DNA of 32,000 nt from Candidatus Saccharimonadota bacterium (lineage in GTDB: Bacteria > Pseudomonadota > Alphaproteobacteria > Rickettsiales > Anaplasmataceae). Position 1 is the stretch's first letter. Each line of letters starts with the position of its first letter. The stretch covers positions 270,001-302,000 of the forward strand of contig NZ_CP092368.1 in the NCBI RefSeq assembly GCF_025021925.1, in the 5' to 3' direction. This document shows positions 19,433 through 28,430 of the stretch, one piece after another. The position numbers were made by a program, and so were the translations under genes. Below the pieces are notes generated by a model. That model made no database searches and was not told the origin of the DNA. It saw only the letters and a program-made list of their open reading frames with translations.

Positions 19433-19789
19433 TTACATAAAATGCAAAAGTGCATTGAACTGTACATCAGACTTAAAGATGAATTTAGGAATAAATCTCA
19501 TTTCAACATAATCGAATATCTCCCTTCGGATTGAATATGAATAATCATTAAGATTGTTAACAACATTAGTGATATCAAGACTTTTATTTTGTATCTCATT
19601 ATCTTGAGTCATAGTATTACATAATAATGCAGATAACAGTACATATATATATGCTATTTTTAAATCTTTACTTAGTTTTACATGAGAGATGACAATATTT
19701 TTATTCAATATTTTATCTTGTAGTGATATGCGTGAGAGCGCTCTATGTAATACTGATGCTATTTTTTGTTGTCTAATTTCTTTTTGCAT
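19433..19789 (-). CDS. rbfA: Ribosome-binding factor A
   Basis: 118-aa ORF immediately downstream (2 nt) of infB. It carries the RbfA pattern R-x-x-K-I-A-x-x-L-H-R...VISHVKLSKDLKIAYIYV. Confidence 0.8.
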   Translation of the reverse strand: MQKEIRQQKIASVLHRALSRISLQDKILNKNIVISHVKLSKDLKIAYIYVLLSALLCNTMTQDNEIQNKSLDITNVVNNLNDYSYSIRREIFDYVEMRFIPKFIFKSDVQFNALLHFM

Positions 19790-19791
19790 AT

Positions 19792-22146
19792 CTATAATTC
19801 TCTTACTTCTTCTATTAATTGAAATGCTTCTATTATATCTCCCACTCTTACATCAATATTACTATCTAACAATACTCCACATTCAAAATTTAGACCTACT
19901 TCTTTAACATCATCTTTAAATCTGCGTAGCGCTTTTAGTCTACCATTATGTAATAACTGGCTATTACGTTTCACTTTAATAATCGCATCTTTTTTTATTA
20001 CTCCATCACTTACATAGCATCCTATGATATTACCAGATTTAGACATATTAAATATTTGTCTCACACATGCAGAGCCTATTCTTACTTCTCGTATAATAGG
20101 TTTGAGAATAGTAGTTAAAAAAGCTCTGATATTATCAATAAGTTTATATATGATATTATCAGTATATAGGATGATACCTTTCTGTTGTGCTAGGTGTCTA
20201 ATTTTAGTCTCTACTTTGAGATTAAATGCTAAAATTATGGCATGTGAAGCTTCTGCTAATAAAATATCTGATTCTGTAACACTGCCAACCCCTTTATATA
20301 ATATATTGAATTTGATAGATTTTTTACTTAATTGATCAATGACATGAGACATTGCTTCAAGAGATCCCATCACATCGCATTTTAATACTACAGATAGTTC
20401 TTCTATTTTATTATTATCACTATTAATGATATCCAAAGTATCATGAATGATATTTTCATTTGTTTGTGCATGTAATTCTAATCTATACTTTATAATTTCA
20501 CGTGCTTTTTTTTCAGAAGAAACCACAACAAATGTATCTCCTGTTTTAGGTAATTCATGTAATCCAGTAATCTCAACTGGAGTAGAAGGTAATGCTTTTT
20601 TCTCTTTATTGCCCAAATGATTGAACATACTACGTACTTTACCATACGTTGTTCCTACTACTAATAAATTGCCAATTTTTAATGTACCTTCTTGCACAAT
20701 TAATGTCGCTGATATACCTTGATGCTTATCAATTCTTGATTCTATTACGTATCCAAGTGCTCTACAATCCTCTATTGCTTCTAAGTTCATTAATTCAGAG
20801 ATAAATAAGATTGACTCTTCTAATTTATCTAGATTGATTTTCTTTTTTGCTGATACTGGTATGACCATTATATCACCACCTAGAGATTCTGGTATAAGAT
20901 TATATTTCGGCAAACCATTAATTATTTTTTCTATATTATCACGATGAACTTGATCAATTTTATTAATAGCAACTATGATAGCAACATTTGATTTTCTTGC
21001 ATGATTGATTGCTTCAATTGTTTGTGGCATCACGCCATCACCAGCAGCAATAACAATAACGATAATATTAGTTATATGCGCACCACATGCACGCATTGCA
21101 GTAAATGCTTCATGTCCTGGAGTATCAATAAAAGTTATTTTTTGATTATTATGATTACTAATTTGATAGGCACTTATATGCTGCGTGATACCACCTAATT
21201 CTGTATCTGCGACATTTGCAGTCCGCAATGCATCTAATAATGATGTTTTACCATGATCAACATGACCCATAAAAGTAACAATAGGTGGTTTAGGTTTTTT
21301 AGATAAAAACTCCTTATTCTCTATCAATAAAATATCTTGTTCTTTATTTGCATGACTGATACGTTTAACAGTGTGATGAAATTTTTTTACTATTCTACAT
21401 GCTATCTCTGAATCGATAATATCATTCAATGTATGAGATGATTGATTACTTTCTTCTTTAAATATTTTTAGAACACTTCGACTATCTTCTGCCATACGAA
21501 TAGCTAATTCTCTCACTGTAATATAATCTGGAATTACTACTAATCTTGAGATGTTTGCACCTTTAATCGATTTTGACTTGCGATTTTTTAGAATCACTCT
21601 TGGCTGTAAGAGAGAGTGATCGGATTTTTCATCTTTTTCATCTATTGCTTGCGTAATCACTAATTTGGAATGTTTAGAATATATATCTTTACTGATTTTT
21701 GGCTTTTTATTTATAGTTTTGTTGTCACTATCATCTTCTTCTTTTAAGTTAGATAAATGAGAATCATCCAAGAATTTTTTATTTATTTTGTCAGATACTG
21801 TATTAATATGCGTTTCTTCTTTTTTATTTTGTATCTCAAAAGACGAATTACTGAATTTTGTTTGCACTAATTCATCTTCTGATGCTCTTTGTTGTTTTTC
21901 TTGCAAGCACACTGCATTTTGTACAGCAGTGATACGAAAAATTTTCTCTTGTTCTGTGAGAGACACTAAATTAGAATCATTATCACTATTTACTGTATTA
22001 TCAGTATGAGTATTATTTCTTCTTCTTTTTTTGACTATTGTCGCACAGGTATTACGACTAGCTAAAGCGTTAAACTCAAGATTGAGTTTTAACTTACTGA
22101 ATCCTTGTAGGGTTAATTTTTTGCTGCTAGTATCTGCATCTTCCAT
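19792..22146 (-). CDS. infB: Translation initiation factor IF-2
   Basis: 784-aa ORF. GTPase motifs are [30 protein letters not shown] and NKID. The C-terminal IF-2 domains include GVGSVTESD. It sits in the nusA-infB-rbfA order. Confidence 0.96.
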   Translation of the reverse strand: MEDADTSSKKLTLQGFSKLKLNLEFNALASRNTCATIVKKRRRNNTHTDNTVNSDNDSNLVSLTEQEKIFRITAVQNAVCLQEKQQRASEDELVQTKFSNSSFEIQNKKEETHINTVSDKINKKFLDDSHLSNLKEEDDSDNKTINKKPKISKDIYSKHSKLVITQAIDEKDEKSDHSLLQPRVILKNRKSKSIKGANISRLVVIPDYITVRELAIRMAEDSRSVLKIFKEESNQSSHTLNDIIDSEIACRIVKKFHHTVKRISHANKEQDILLIENKEFLSKKPKPPIVTFMGHVDHGKTSLLDALRTANVADTELGGITQHISAYQISNHNNQKITFIDTPGHEAFTAMRACGAHITNIIVIVIAAGDGVMPQTIEAINHARKSNVAIIVAINKIDQVHRDNIEKIINGLPKYNLIPESLGGDIMVIPVSAKKKINLDKLEESILFISELMNLEAIEDCRALGYVIESRIDKHQGISATLIVQEGTLKIGNLLVVGTTYGKVRSMFNHLGNKEKKALPSTPVEITGLHELPKTGDTFVVVSSEKKAREIIKYRLELHAQTNENIIHDTLDIINSDNNKIEELSVVLKCDVMGSLEAMSHVIDQLSKKSIKFNILYKGVGSVTESDILLAEASHAIILAFNLKVETKIRHLAQQKGIILYTDNIIYKLIDNIRAFLTTILKPIIREVRIGSACVRQIFNMSKSGNIIGCYVSDGVIKKDAIIKVKRNSQLLHNGRLKALRRFKDDVKEVGLNFECGVLLDSNIDVRVGDIIEAFQLIEEVREL

Positions 22147-22158
22147 ATATATTATATT

Positions 22159-23739
22159 TTATATTACTCCAAGTTTTTTACGAGCTTCTATGATGATTGA
22201 TTCTGCAGTATATTTTAAATACTCTGTATTGCAATTATTATCAGATATAGAAGATAATATATTACACAGTTCATAACTTGATAAATCTGCTAAATCTTTT
22301 AATTTGCACACACCATTCTTACTAAGAACAATTTTTTCATCTATCGATAGAGATAAATTCATGATTTCATCTTCCATTCCTAAATTCTTTAATTCTGATA
22401 TTTTTTTATTATTTTCTTCTTGTAGATACTTATTTGCTCTATGTAGTAATTCATGTGCAATATCCTCATTAAAGCCTTCAATTGTAGATATTTCTTTAAA
22501 TGTAGCATGTGCAATATCTTCTATGCTTAAAAAGCCTTCTGTCACTAATAATTGACCCATCATCTCTTCTAAATTTAATGCTTCAGTAAATAATTTTGAA
22601 CATTGTTTGAGCTCTATAACACGTCTTTCTGATTCCTGTTGAGTGCTTAAAATTTCAATTTTCCATCCTACAAGTTCTGAAGTCAATCTAACATTTTGGC
22701 CCTTTTTACCTATTGCTAAACTTAATTGATCATCACGTACTATTAACTCTATGCAGTTTGTGTTCTCATCAATAATTACTCTTGAAACTTCTGCAGGAGT
22801 AATCGCTTTAATCACAAATTGTCCTAAATCTGGAGAGAAGTGAATAATATCAATTTTTTCACCATTTAATTCATGTATAATGGCCTTTATTCTATCTCCT
22901 TTAATTCCGACACATGCCCCAACTGGATCAATATTTCTATCAGGAGAGAAAACTGCAACCTTAGATCTAGAGCCAGCATCTCTTGAGATTCCTTTGATAA
23001 CGACTAATCCGTCAGATATTTCTGGTATTTCTTGCTTGAGTAATGATTCTAAAAATCCCTTATGTACTCTAGAGAGAATAATTTGTCGTCCATCATCAGA
23101 TTTTTTAACAGAATGTATATAAGCTTTAATCTTATCACCTTCTCGAAATGCTTCACCAGTAATTAAATTCCGAAAAGGAAGATATGCTCTAGTGCCATTA
23201 ATATTAATATCTACAATAAGATCTGAATATTCTACTTGTTTAACAATACCATACCTAATCTCTCCTAACTTATCTTTAAATTCTTCGTATTGCTTCTTTA
23301 ATTCTTCATCTTTTATAATTTGACTAATCCGTTGTTGTGCAATTCTTGCAGAAGCAAGATCAGTATTCAGAGCAAGTAATTCATGTATTGAGTCTCCAAT
23401 CTTTGCATCTGCTTTTATTAATTTAGCGTGTGTAAGAGAAATATATGCAAAATCAATACTTTCTACTTTATCACATTGTTTATCATCGATAACCTTAAGT
23501 TGTCTATATGCAGTGACTTTACCTGTACTTCTATCTATATTCACTAAAATTTTACTTTTACTACCATATTTTTGATGCGCTACTGCTTCTATTGCACTTT
23601 CTAGTGCTTTGATTATGACTTCAAAATCTAAACCCTTATGCAGTGATAGTTCACCTGCGGTTTTTATTATATCAATACTGCCTACTATATTGTTTTTATT
23701 ACTTTTTTGTTTTACAGGACTTTTACGAGAAACGATCAT
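22159..23739 (-). CDS. nusA: Transcription termination/antitermination factor NusA
   Basis: 526-aa ORF containing an S1 domain, KH domains (GACVGIKGDRIKAI and LAIGKKGQNVRLTSELVGW) and a C-terminal acidic HhH repeat region. Confidence 0.95.
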   Translation of the reverse strand: MIVSRKSPVKQKSNKNNIVGSIDIIKTAGELSLHKGLDFEVIIKALESAIEAVAHQKYGSKSKILVNIDRSTGKVTAYRQLKVIDDKQCDKVESIDFAYISLTHAKLIKADAKIGDSIHELLALNTDLASARIAQQRISQIIKDEELKKQYEEFKDKLGEIRYGIVKQVEYSDLIVDININGTRAYLPFRNLITGEAFREGDKIKAYIHSVKKSDDGRQIILSRVHKGFLESLLKQEIPEISDGLVVIKGISRDAGSRSKVAVFSPDRNIDPVGACVGIKGDRIKAIIHELNGEKIDIIHFSPDLGQFVIKAITPAEVSRVIIDENTNCIELIVRDDQLSLAIGKKGQNVRLTSELVGWKIEILSTQQESERRVIELKQCSKLFTEALNLEEMMGQLLVTEGFLSIEDIAHATFKEISTIEGFNEDIAHELLHRANKYLQEENNKKISELKNLGMEDEIMNLSLSIDEKIVLSKNGVCKLKDLADLSSYELCNILSSISDNNCNTEYLKYTAESIIIEARKKLGVI

Positions 23740-24461
23740 ATCAATGTATCCAAGTATATAGTATATTACAGTTGTAGCGAGATATAGTCACGTTAAATAC
23801 TAAATAATTATTACTTTAAGTCAAGATGTTTCATGTGTACAGCATGAACTAGTATTTCTATTGAAAATAGTAGTCTCTCAATAAGATATTTGTAGTAATA
23901 CAAGATATAAAATGTATAGAGGTTATGATGTTACTGAAATTATATTTTATATACTCATTTTAAAATAACATTTCATAACAATTATAGTATTATTTAAATA
24001 ATCTCATATCCTTCAGAGATAAAATATTACTCAAATATTACTCAAATGAATTACAGTCATGATTTTTTGCAAATCTCTTAATGATATATGTAGATAAAGT
24101 ATCAGAGAAATTTTCTACTTGACTATGAATGAGTTTACAGATAACTCTATTAAAAATATTACATCATTATTAATAATGACAATTATTGATCATTATCTTT
24201 ATATAAACATCTTTCAATATTCAAAATATTTACTTTAAATAGTATAATATACTCGCTTCAAGAAATTACTAGATGAGTATAGAATTGTATCTCGTTATTT
24301 AGAAAATCATTTGATGATCCATTATAATAAAATATCATTACTTATCATTGTATATATTATAGATCTTAATGTATGCTCATAAGAGATTTCTTCTTTTTAA
24401 AGTATCAAGTTGACATATATACAGACATATTCTAAAATTATCCATAAGATTAAGAATATAC

Positions 24462-24551
24462 GCGGCCGTGGTGGAATTTGGTAGACACGCAGCGTTGAGG
24501 TCGCTGTGGCTCTTTAATCGTGCCTTGGAAGTTCAAGTCTTCTCGGCCGCA
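24462..24551 (+). tRNA. tRNA-Leu (anticodon GAG), class II with long variable arm; CCA not encoded
   Basis: I folded the cloverleaf by hand. The acceptor stem GCGGCCG/CGGCCGC is perfect, with discriminator A. The D arm is GTG-GAATTTGGTAGA-CAC. The anticodon stem is CAGCG/CGCTG with loop TT-GAG-GT. The variable arm is about 20 nt. The T arm is GGAAG-TTCAAGT-CTTCT. It forms a G+C island in AT-rich spacer. ORF 24468-24668 overlapping it is spurious. Confidence 0.9.
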
Positions 24552-25063
24552 TATACCCTCCCTGCACTTCTCCAAATTTTTCTATATAATCTACATATAA
24601 TTAATAGTATTGAATGTAAAGATAGTAAACATTTTGATATCTTGGATAAGTTTTTTATTAATATATGAAATATTAGAACATAATCACAACATATTATTTT
24701 TTAATTTTTACATTACAATATCATAAATCATTTAACATGAATGCATAATTCTATATTCACACAATCGAGTAAATATCGCGATCAATATTTAAAAAGGCCA
24801 TTGAGATATCCAGACAATATAGTGACTATTATTAATAAATTCGCATTATTCAAATAAATCTCTACAAAATGTGTATGATCTGAATCAAAGATTTATGAAT
24901 CCTATAATTAGGTATAGTCAGTACTACATGATAGTTTTATGATTATATTGTGCAATGTGTAATATTGTATAGCAATACTAATATCTAGACATTGATAAAA
25001 AAATATGCTAAGATATTTTGCTCTTTAAAAAGATACAGAAATTTTGACCTATCACATGATGCA

Positions 25064-25864
25064 ATGAGCAAATATAGAACATTACTATTGTTTGCTTTAT
25101 TAATAAGTAGTAATCTTAGTGCATGTATTGATTGCAATAATATTGCATATTATGTGGATCATAGAATAAAAACATTATTATATACTTCTGATCAAGTATT
25201 TACAGTGAATCTTAGTTACGGATTTTGTTCTTATATTGAATTTGCAGAAGGAGAAAAAATATTGACTATATCTGTAGGTGATGAATCAAGTTGGAACTTG
25301 ATGCCATATGATAATAAGTTGCTCATTATACCATTTGAGTATACTGCACAGACTAATATGATGATTACTACTACAAAAAAGAGGAGTTATGTATTTGATT
25401 TAGTATCAAGACCATATTGTAAGCATAATTTTGATGAGATCAAGAATGATGCTTGTTTTGCAGAAGAGAGTATAACTTATATAATACGTTTTTGCTATCC
25501 TAAAGAGAGTGAACAAAATGCTCTAGATAGATTTGAAAGCTTAAAAGTACAAAGCTCTGTGTATCAGACAGAAGAGATAATACAAGAAAATAATACAATA
25601 AATCATTATCAATATACAGATGAAGAAAATAACAATAGACTCATACCATTCAAAATATTTGATGATGGATTATTAACATATTTGAAGTTGAGTGATCTAA
25701 ATATAATACCTCAAATTTTAGTTGTAGATGAGAATAACGCTCAAATGCGATGCTACTGTAGAAGATTATTTTTTGATGGTTATATCGTAATTAAGGGAGT
25801 ATATAAAAAATTATTTATATATTATCAAAATAATGAATTAAAAGTAGTAAATACTGTACTATAA
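25064..25864 (+). CDS. virB9: Type IV secretion system outer-membrane core protein VirB9 (CagX/TrbG family), predicted lipoprotein
   Basis: The N-domain block is YTSDQVFTVNLSYGFCSYIEFAEGEKILTISVGDESSWNLMPYDNKLLIIPFEYTAQTNMMITTTKKRSYVFDLV. The C-domain block is PFKIFDDGLLTYLKL...ILVVDENNAQMRC...GYIVIKGVYKKLFIYYQNNELKVVN. Both fit VirB9. I prefer the in-frame ATG at 25064, which gives MSKYRTLLLFALLISSNLSAC (signal peptide plus lipobox L-S-A-C), to the TTG at 24992 in the track. Confidence 0.85.
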   Translation: MSKYRTLLLFALLISSNLSACIDCNNIAYYVDHRIKTLLYTSDQVFTVNLSYGFCSYIEFAEGEKILTISVGDESSWNLMPYDNKLLIIPFEYTAQTNMMITTTKKRSYVFDLVSRPYCKHNFDEIKNDACFAEESITYIIRFCYPKESEQNALDRFESLKVQSSVYQTEEIIQENNTINHYQYTDEENNNRLIPFKIFDDGLLTYLKLSDLNIIPQILVVDENNAQMRCYCRRLFFDGYIVIKGVYKKLFIYYQNNELKVVNTVL

Positions 25865-25878
25865 ATTGCACTGAAAAG

Positions 25879-27174
25879 ATGGCTTTAATATTAGATAGTA
25901 ATTTAAGAATCTCTTATTTAGTAAGTAAGATATTGACAATATTCTCACGTTACTCTTATAAGAGATTAATGATGATAATTACATCATGTGCTCTAGTTTT
26001 AAGTATCACAATTTACTATTGTTATATTAAACAGTCTTACCAAAAAGCGAGTATGCAATATACTACACGCACAAATATCTCTATATCTCCAAAAACAAGT
26101 CTTCCTATTACAAGTACGAAGAATCATGCTTCTTCCTTATTATATTCTAATAATAAGAGTATCAGTGTGTATCCTAAATCACGTCGTAATGCAAATATGC
26201 TTGTTGTATCATCTATTAATGATAAACACATACTTGATCATGTAGAATCCTATTCTTCTACTCCGATTAATGATGTAATCACAAGATCAAAAGTAAATCA
26301 GTTGCCCAAATTAAATTATATGATTATTCAGGGTAAGATTATTGATGCAGTGCTTGAAACTGCAATAGATTCTGATCTCAATGGTATGTTACGTGCTATT
26401 GTGAGTAGAGATGTATATTCGGAAACAGGCAATGAAATTTTAATACCTAAAGGATCAAAATTGATAGGTAGTTATTCATGTGTATTGAATACTGATAGAC
26501 CATTAATAAATATTAATTGGAATAGAATTATTTTACCTCAAGGTATAGATATTACTATATCGTCACCTAGTACTGATTTGCTAGGAAGAGTAGGAATCAG
26601 TGGAGTAGTAGAAAATAAATTATCCAAATTATCTTCAATGATACTAGCTAGTATTGCAACTGGTTCTATTTTAGCAGAAAAGATTTTTCATTTTCAGATG
26701 ATGAGCACTTCAAGTGACATAACAAAAAACAATCCTGTAATAGACACTGGTACATTAAAAACAATGATTCTTAATACTATATCATCAGACGATTCTGCGA
26801 AAAATCATTTGCAGAATCTAGAAGAAAGAAAATGGCAATTATCATGTGAGGCTATTAAAAATATTTCTCATTCTAATAATGATCAAGATCGTATCAGAAT
26901 CTTTAAAAAAGAAATAGCATCATTATTAGACATTCAAGAAAATGTATTAAATAGTATCAATATAGAGCAAATTAATCAATTAATAAATCAATCTCAGAAA
27001 AATCAACAAACCCTTGACAAGGATATCATTAATACATCAATGAGTAATATTTTGAAAAATTTTCGTAATTCATTCAAAAACTCTACAGAAAAAAGATCAA
27101 CCATTTATCTTAGTCATGGTACTGCACTGAAAGTATTGATTAATCAAGATATAATATTTAATACAATATATTAA
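25879..27174 (+). CDS. virB10: Type IV secretion system protein VirB10 (TrbI family)
   Basis: 431-aa ORF with one N-terminal TM helix (roughly aa 31-49). The TrbI/VirB10 barrel blocks are MIIQGKIIDAVLETAIDSDLNGMLRAIVSRDVYSETGNEILIPKGSKLIGSY, INWNRIILPQGIDITISSPSTDLLGRVGISGVVENK and the C-terminal STIYLSHGTALKVLINQDIIF. The last compares with A. tumefaciens [22 protein letters not shown]. The gene starts 14 nt after the virB9 stop. Confidence 0.85.
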   Translation: MALILDSNLRISYLVSKILTIFSRYSYKRLMMIITSCALVLSITIYYCYIKQSYQKASMQYTTRTNISISPKTSLPITSTKNHASSLLYSNNKSISVYPKSRRNANMLVVSSINDKHILDHVESYSSTPINDVITRSKVNQLPKLNYMIIQGKIIDAVLETAIDSDLNGMLRAIVSRDVYSETGNEILIPKGSKLIGSYSCVLNTDRPLININWNRIILPQGIDITISSPSTDLLGRVGISGVVENKLSKLSSMILASIATGSILAEKIFHFQMMSTSSDITKNNPVIDTGTLKTMILNTISSDDSAKNHLQNLEERKWQLSCEAIKNISHSNNDQDRIRIFKKEIASLLDIQENVLNSINIEQINQLINQSQKNQQTLDKDIINTSMSNILKNFRNSFKNSTEKRSTIYLSHGTALKVLINQDIIFNTIY

Positions 27175-27200
27175 GTATATAAATTTATGAAAAAAAATAT

Positions 27201-28043
27201 TTATTCTGGATTATATATAACAATACATCTTTTTCTTCCTCCTAAATCATATACATATTCCTGAAATAATAGTTTATACAATGGAATGAGACTTTCAATA
27301 TCATATTGATCTTCTCCTATCTCTAGGATAGCAAGCCCATTTTTTTTGAGACATACTTTTATTATTGGGAAAATACTGAAGTAACAACTTAATCCATCAA
27401 TACCACCATCAAGCGCACTCTTAGGTTCCTTTTGTACTTCTGATTGTAGATTTTGCAATTTACTACTTTTTATGTATGGAGGATTACTAATGATCAGATC
27501 AAACAACCCGTGACATTCTGTCCAAGATATAGGTAAGACTTTGCATCTCTTGAGCAGATTATGTTGTAATATATTCTGATAGGCTATTCTATATGCATGT
27601 AAATTTGTTTCAAAACCAATACCATAAGCATTATGATACTCACTCAACAAAGAGATTAACAAACATCCAGTACCTGTACCGAAATCAGCAATTTTGAATA
27701 TCTGATCTCTATATAAATAGTATCTTAATACTGTTGTGATAATAGTTTCACTATCTGGTCTTGGATCAAACACATACTCATTGACTATAAAATTTTTACT
27801 CCAGAATTCACGTTGTCCTATCAGTTGAGATATTGGATATCTCTCTGATCTTTTTTTTATTAATTTCCAAAATAGCAATTCTTGTTTTTGTGTTACTAAA
27901 CTAGTATGATATAAAATAAGAAATGAGCGACTTTCTTTTAATACATGCGTCATAATGATTTCAGAGTCTAAATAAGGTGATGCGATTTGATAGGATTGTA
28001 ATAATCTTGCTCCTTCTTGTACTAAATGATTAATTGTTTTCAT
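27201..28043 (-). CDS. prmC: Release-factor glutamine N5-methyltransferase PrmC (HemK)
   Basis: 280-aa ORF with the SAM-binding DFGTGTGCL and the catalytic IISNPPYI (NPPY) motif. It is convergent with virB10. Confidence 0.88.
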   Translation of the reverse strand: MKTINHLVQEGARLLQSYQIASPYLDSEIIMTHVLKESRSFLILYHTSLVTQKQELLFWKLIKKRSERYPISQLIGQREFWSKNFIVNEYVFDPRPDSETIITTVLRYYLYRDQIFKIADFGTGTGCLLISLLSEYHNAYGIGFETNLHAYRIAYQNILQHNLLKRCKVLPISWTECHGLFDLIISNPPYIKSSKLQNLQSEVQKEPKSALDGGIDGLSCYFSIFPIIKVCLKKNGLAILEIGEDQYDIESLIPLYKLLFQEYVYDLGGRKRCIVIYNPE

Positions 28044-28286
28044 AATGTGATGTTCTATACATTAAAATGTCACTTAATGACAATACATGTCATATAAAAT
28101 CTTCTGATATATTACTTTTCTAAAAAAACACTCATGTCAGTAAAAAGTTATCAAAAAAATATTTCACATTACATCTACTACTTTATTGTAATATGTTATA
28201 GCTACAATATATTTGAATACAATCTACTACTATTAGCTATTCTATCGAATATTTGCATCAAGCATGATATACTAATATGAGAATAA

Positions 28287-28332
28287 AGACTAATATTTTA
28301 TTCTTTAAAAAGACTAATATTTTATTCTTTAA
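28287..28332. repeat. Intergenic tandem duplication, two copies of a unit of about 23-24 nt
   Basis: AGACTAATATTTTATTCTTTAA occurs twice in a row (28287-28308 and 28311-28332, separated by AA), about 100 nt upstream of the ccmF start. Confidence 0.9.
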
Positions 28333-28430
28333 CTATAAATTGTGATGTAGAGATGAAAATAATATATTGAAAATTGCACTTTTATTTTTAGCGATATATA
28401 AGTAATATAAAGCTATACTAATATAGCATC

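Noticed and set aside
24437-24449. DnaA-box-like TTATCCATA just upstream of tRNA-Leu, considered as a hint of a replication origin
   Set aside because: It is a single 8/9 match with no cluster of boxes and no adjacent origin-linked gene context. This is expected by chance in AT-rich DNA.
24468-24668. 66-aa plus-strand ORF from the track
   Set aside because: Its 5' half is the tRNA-Leu(GAG) gene read as codons. The remainder is AT-rich spacer.
24992-25063. TTG start at 24992 for virB9. Likewise the TTG at 16715 for grpE and the GTG at 15366 for rpsP, as given in the ORF track.
   Set aside because: In-frame ATG codons downstream give canonical N-termini: a signal peptide with lipobox for VirB9, [11 protein letters not shown] for S16, and an AAGGA-preceded ATG for GrpE. 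The longer versions add non-conserved residues. This remains unproven without N-terminal data.
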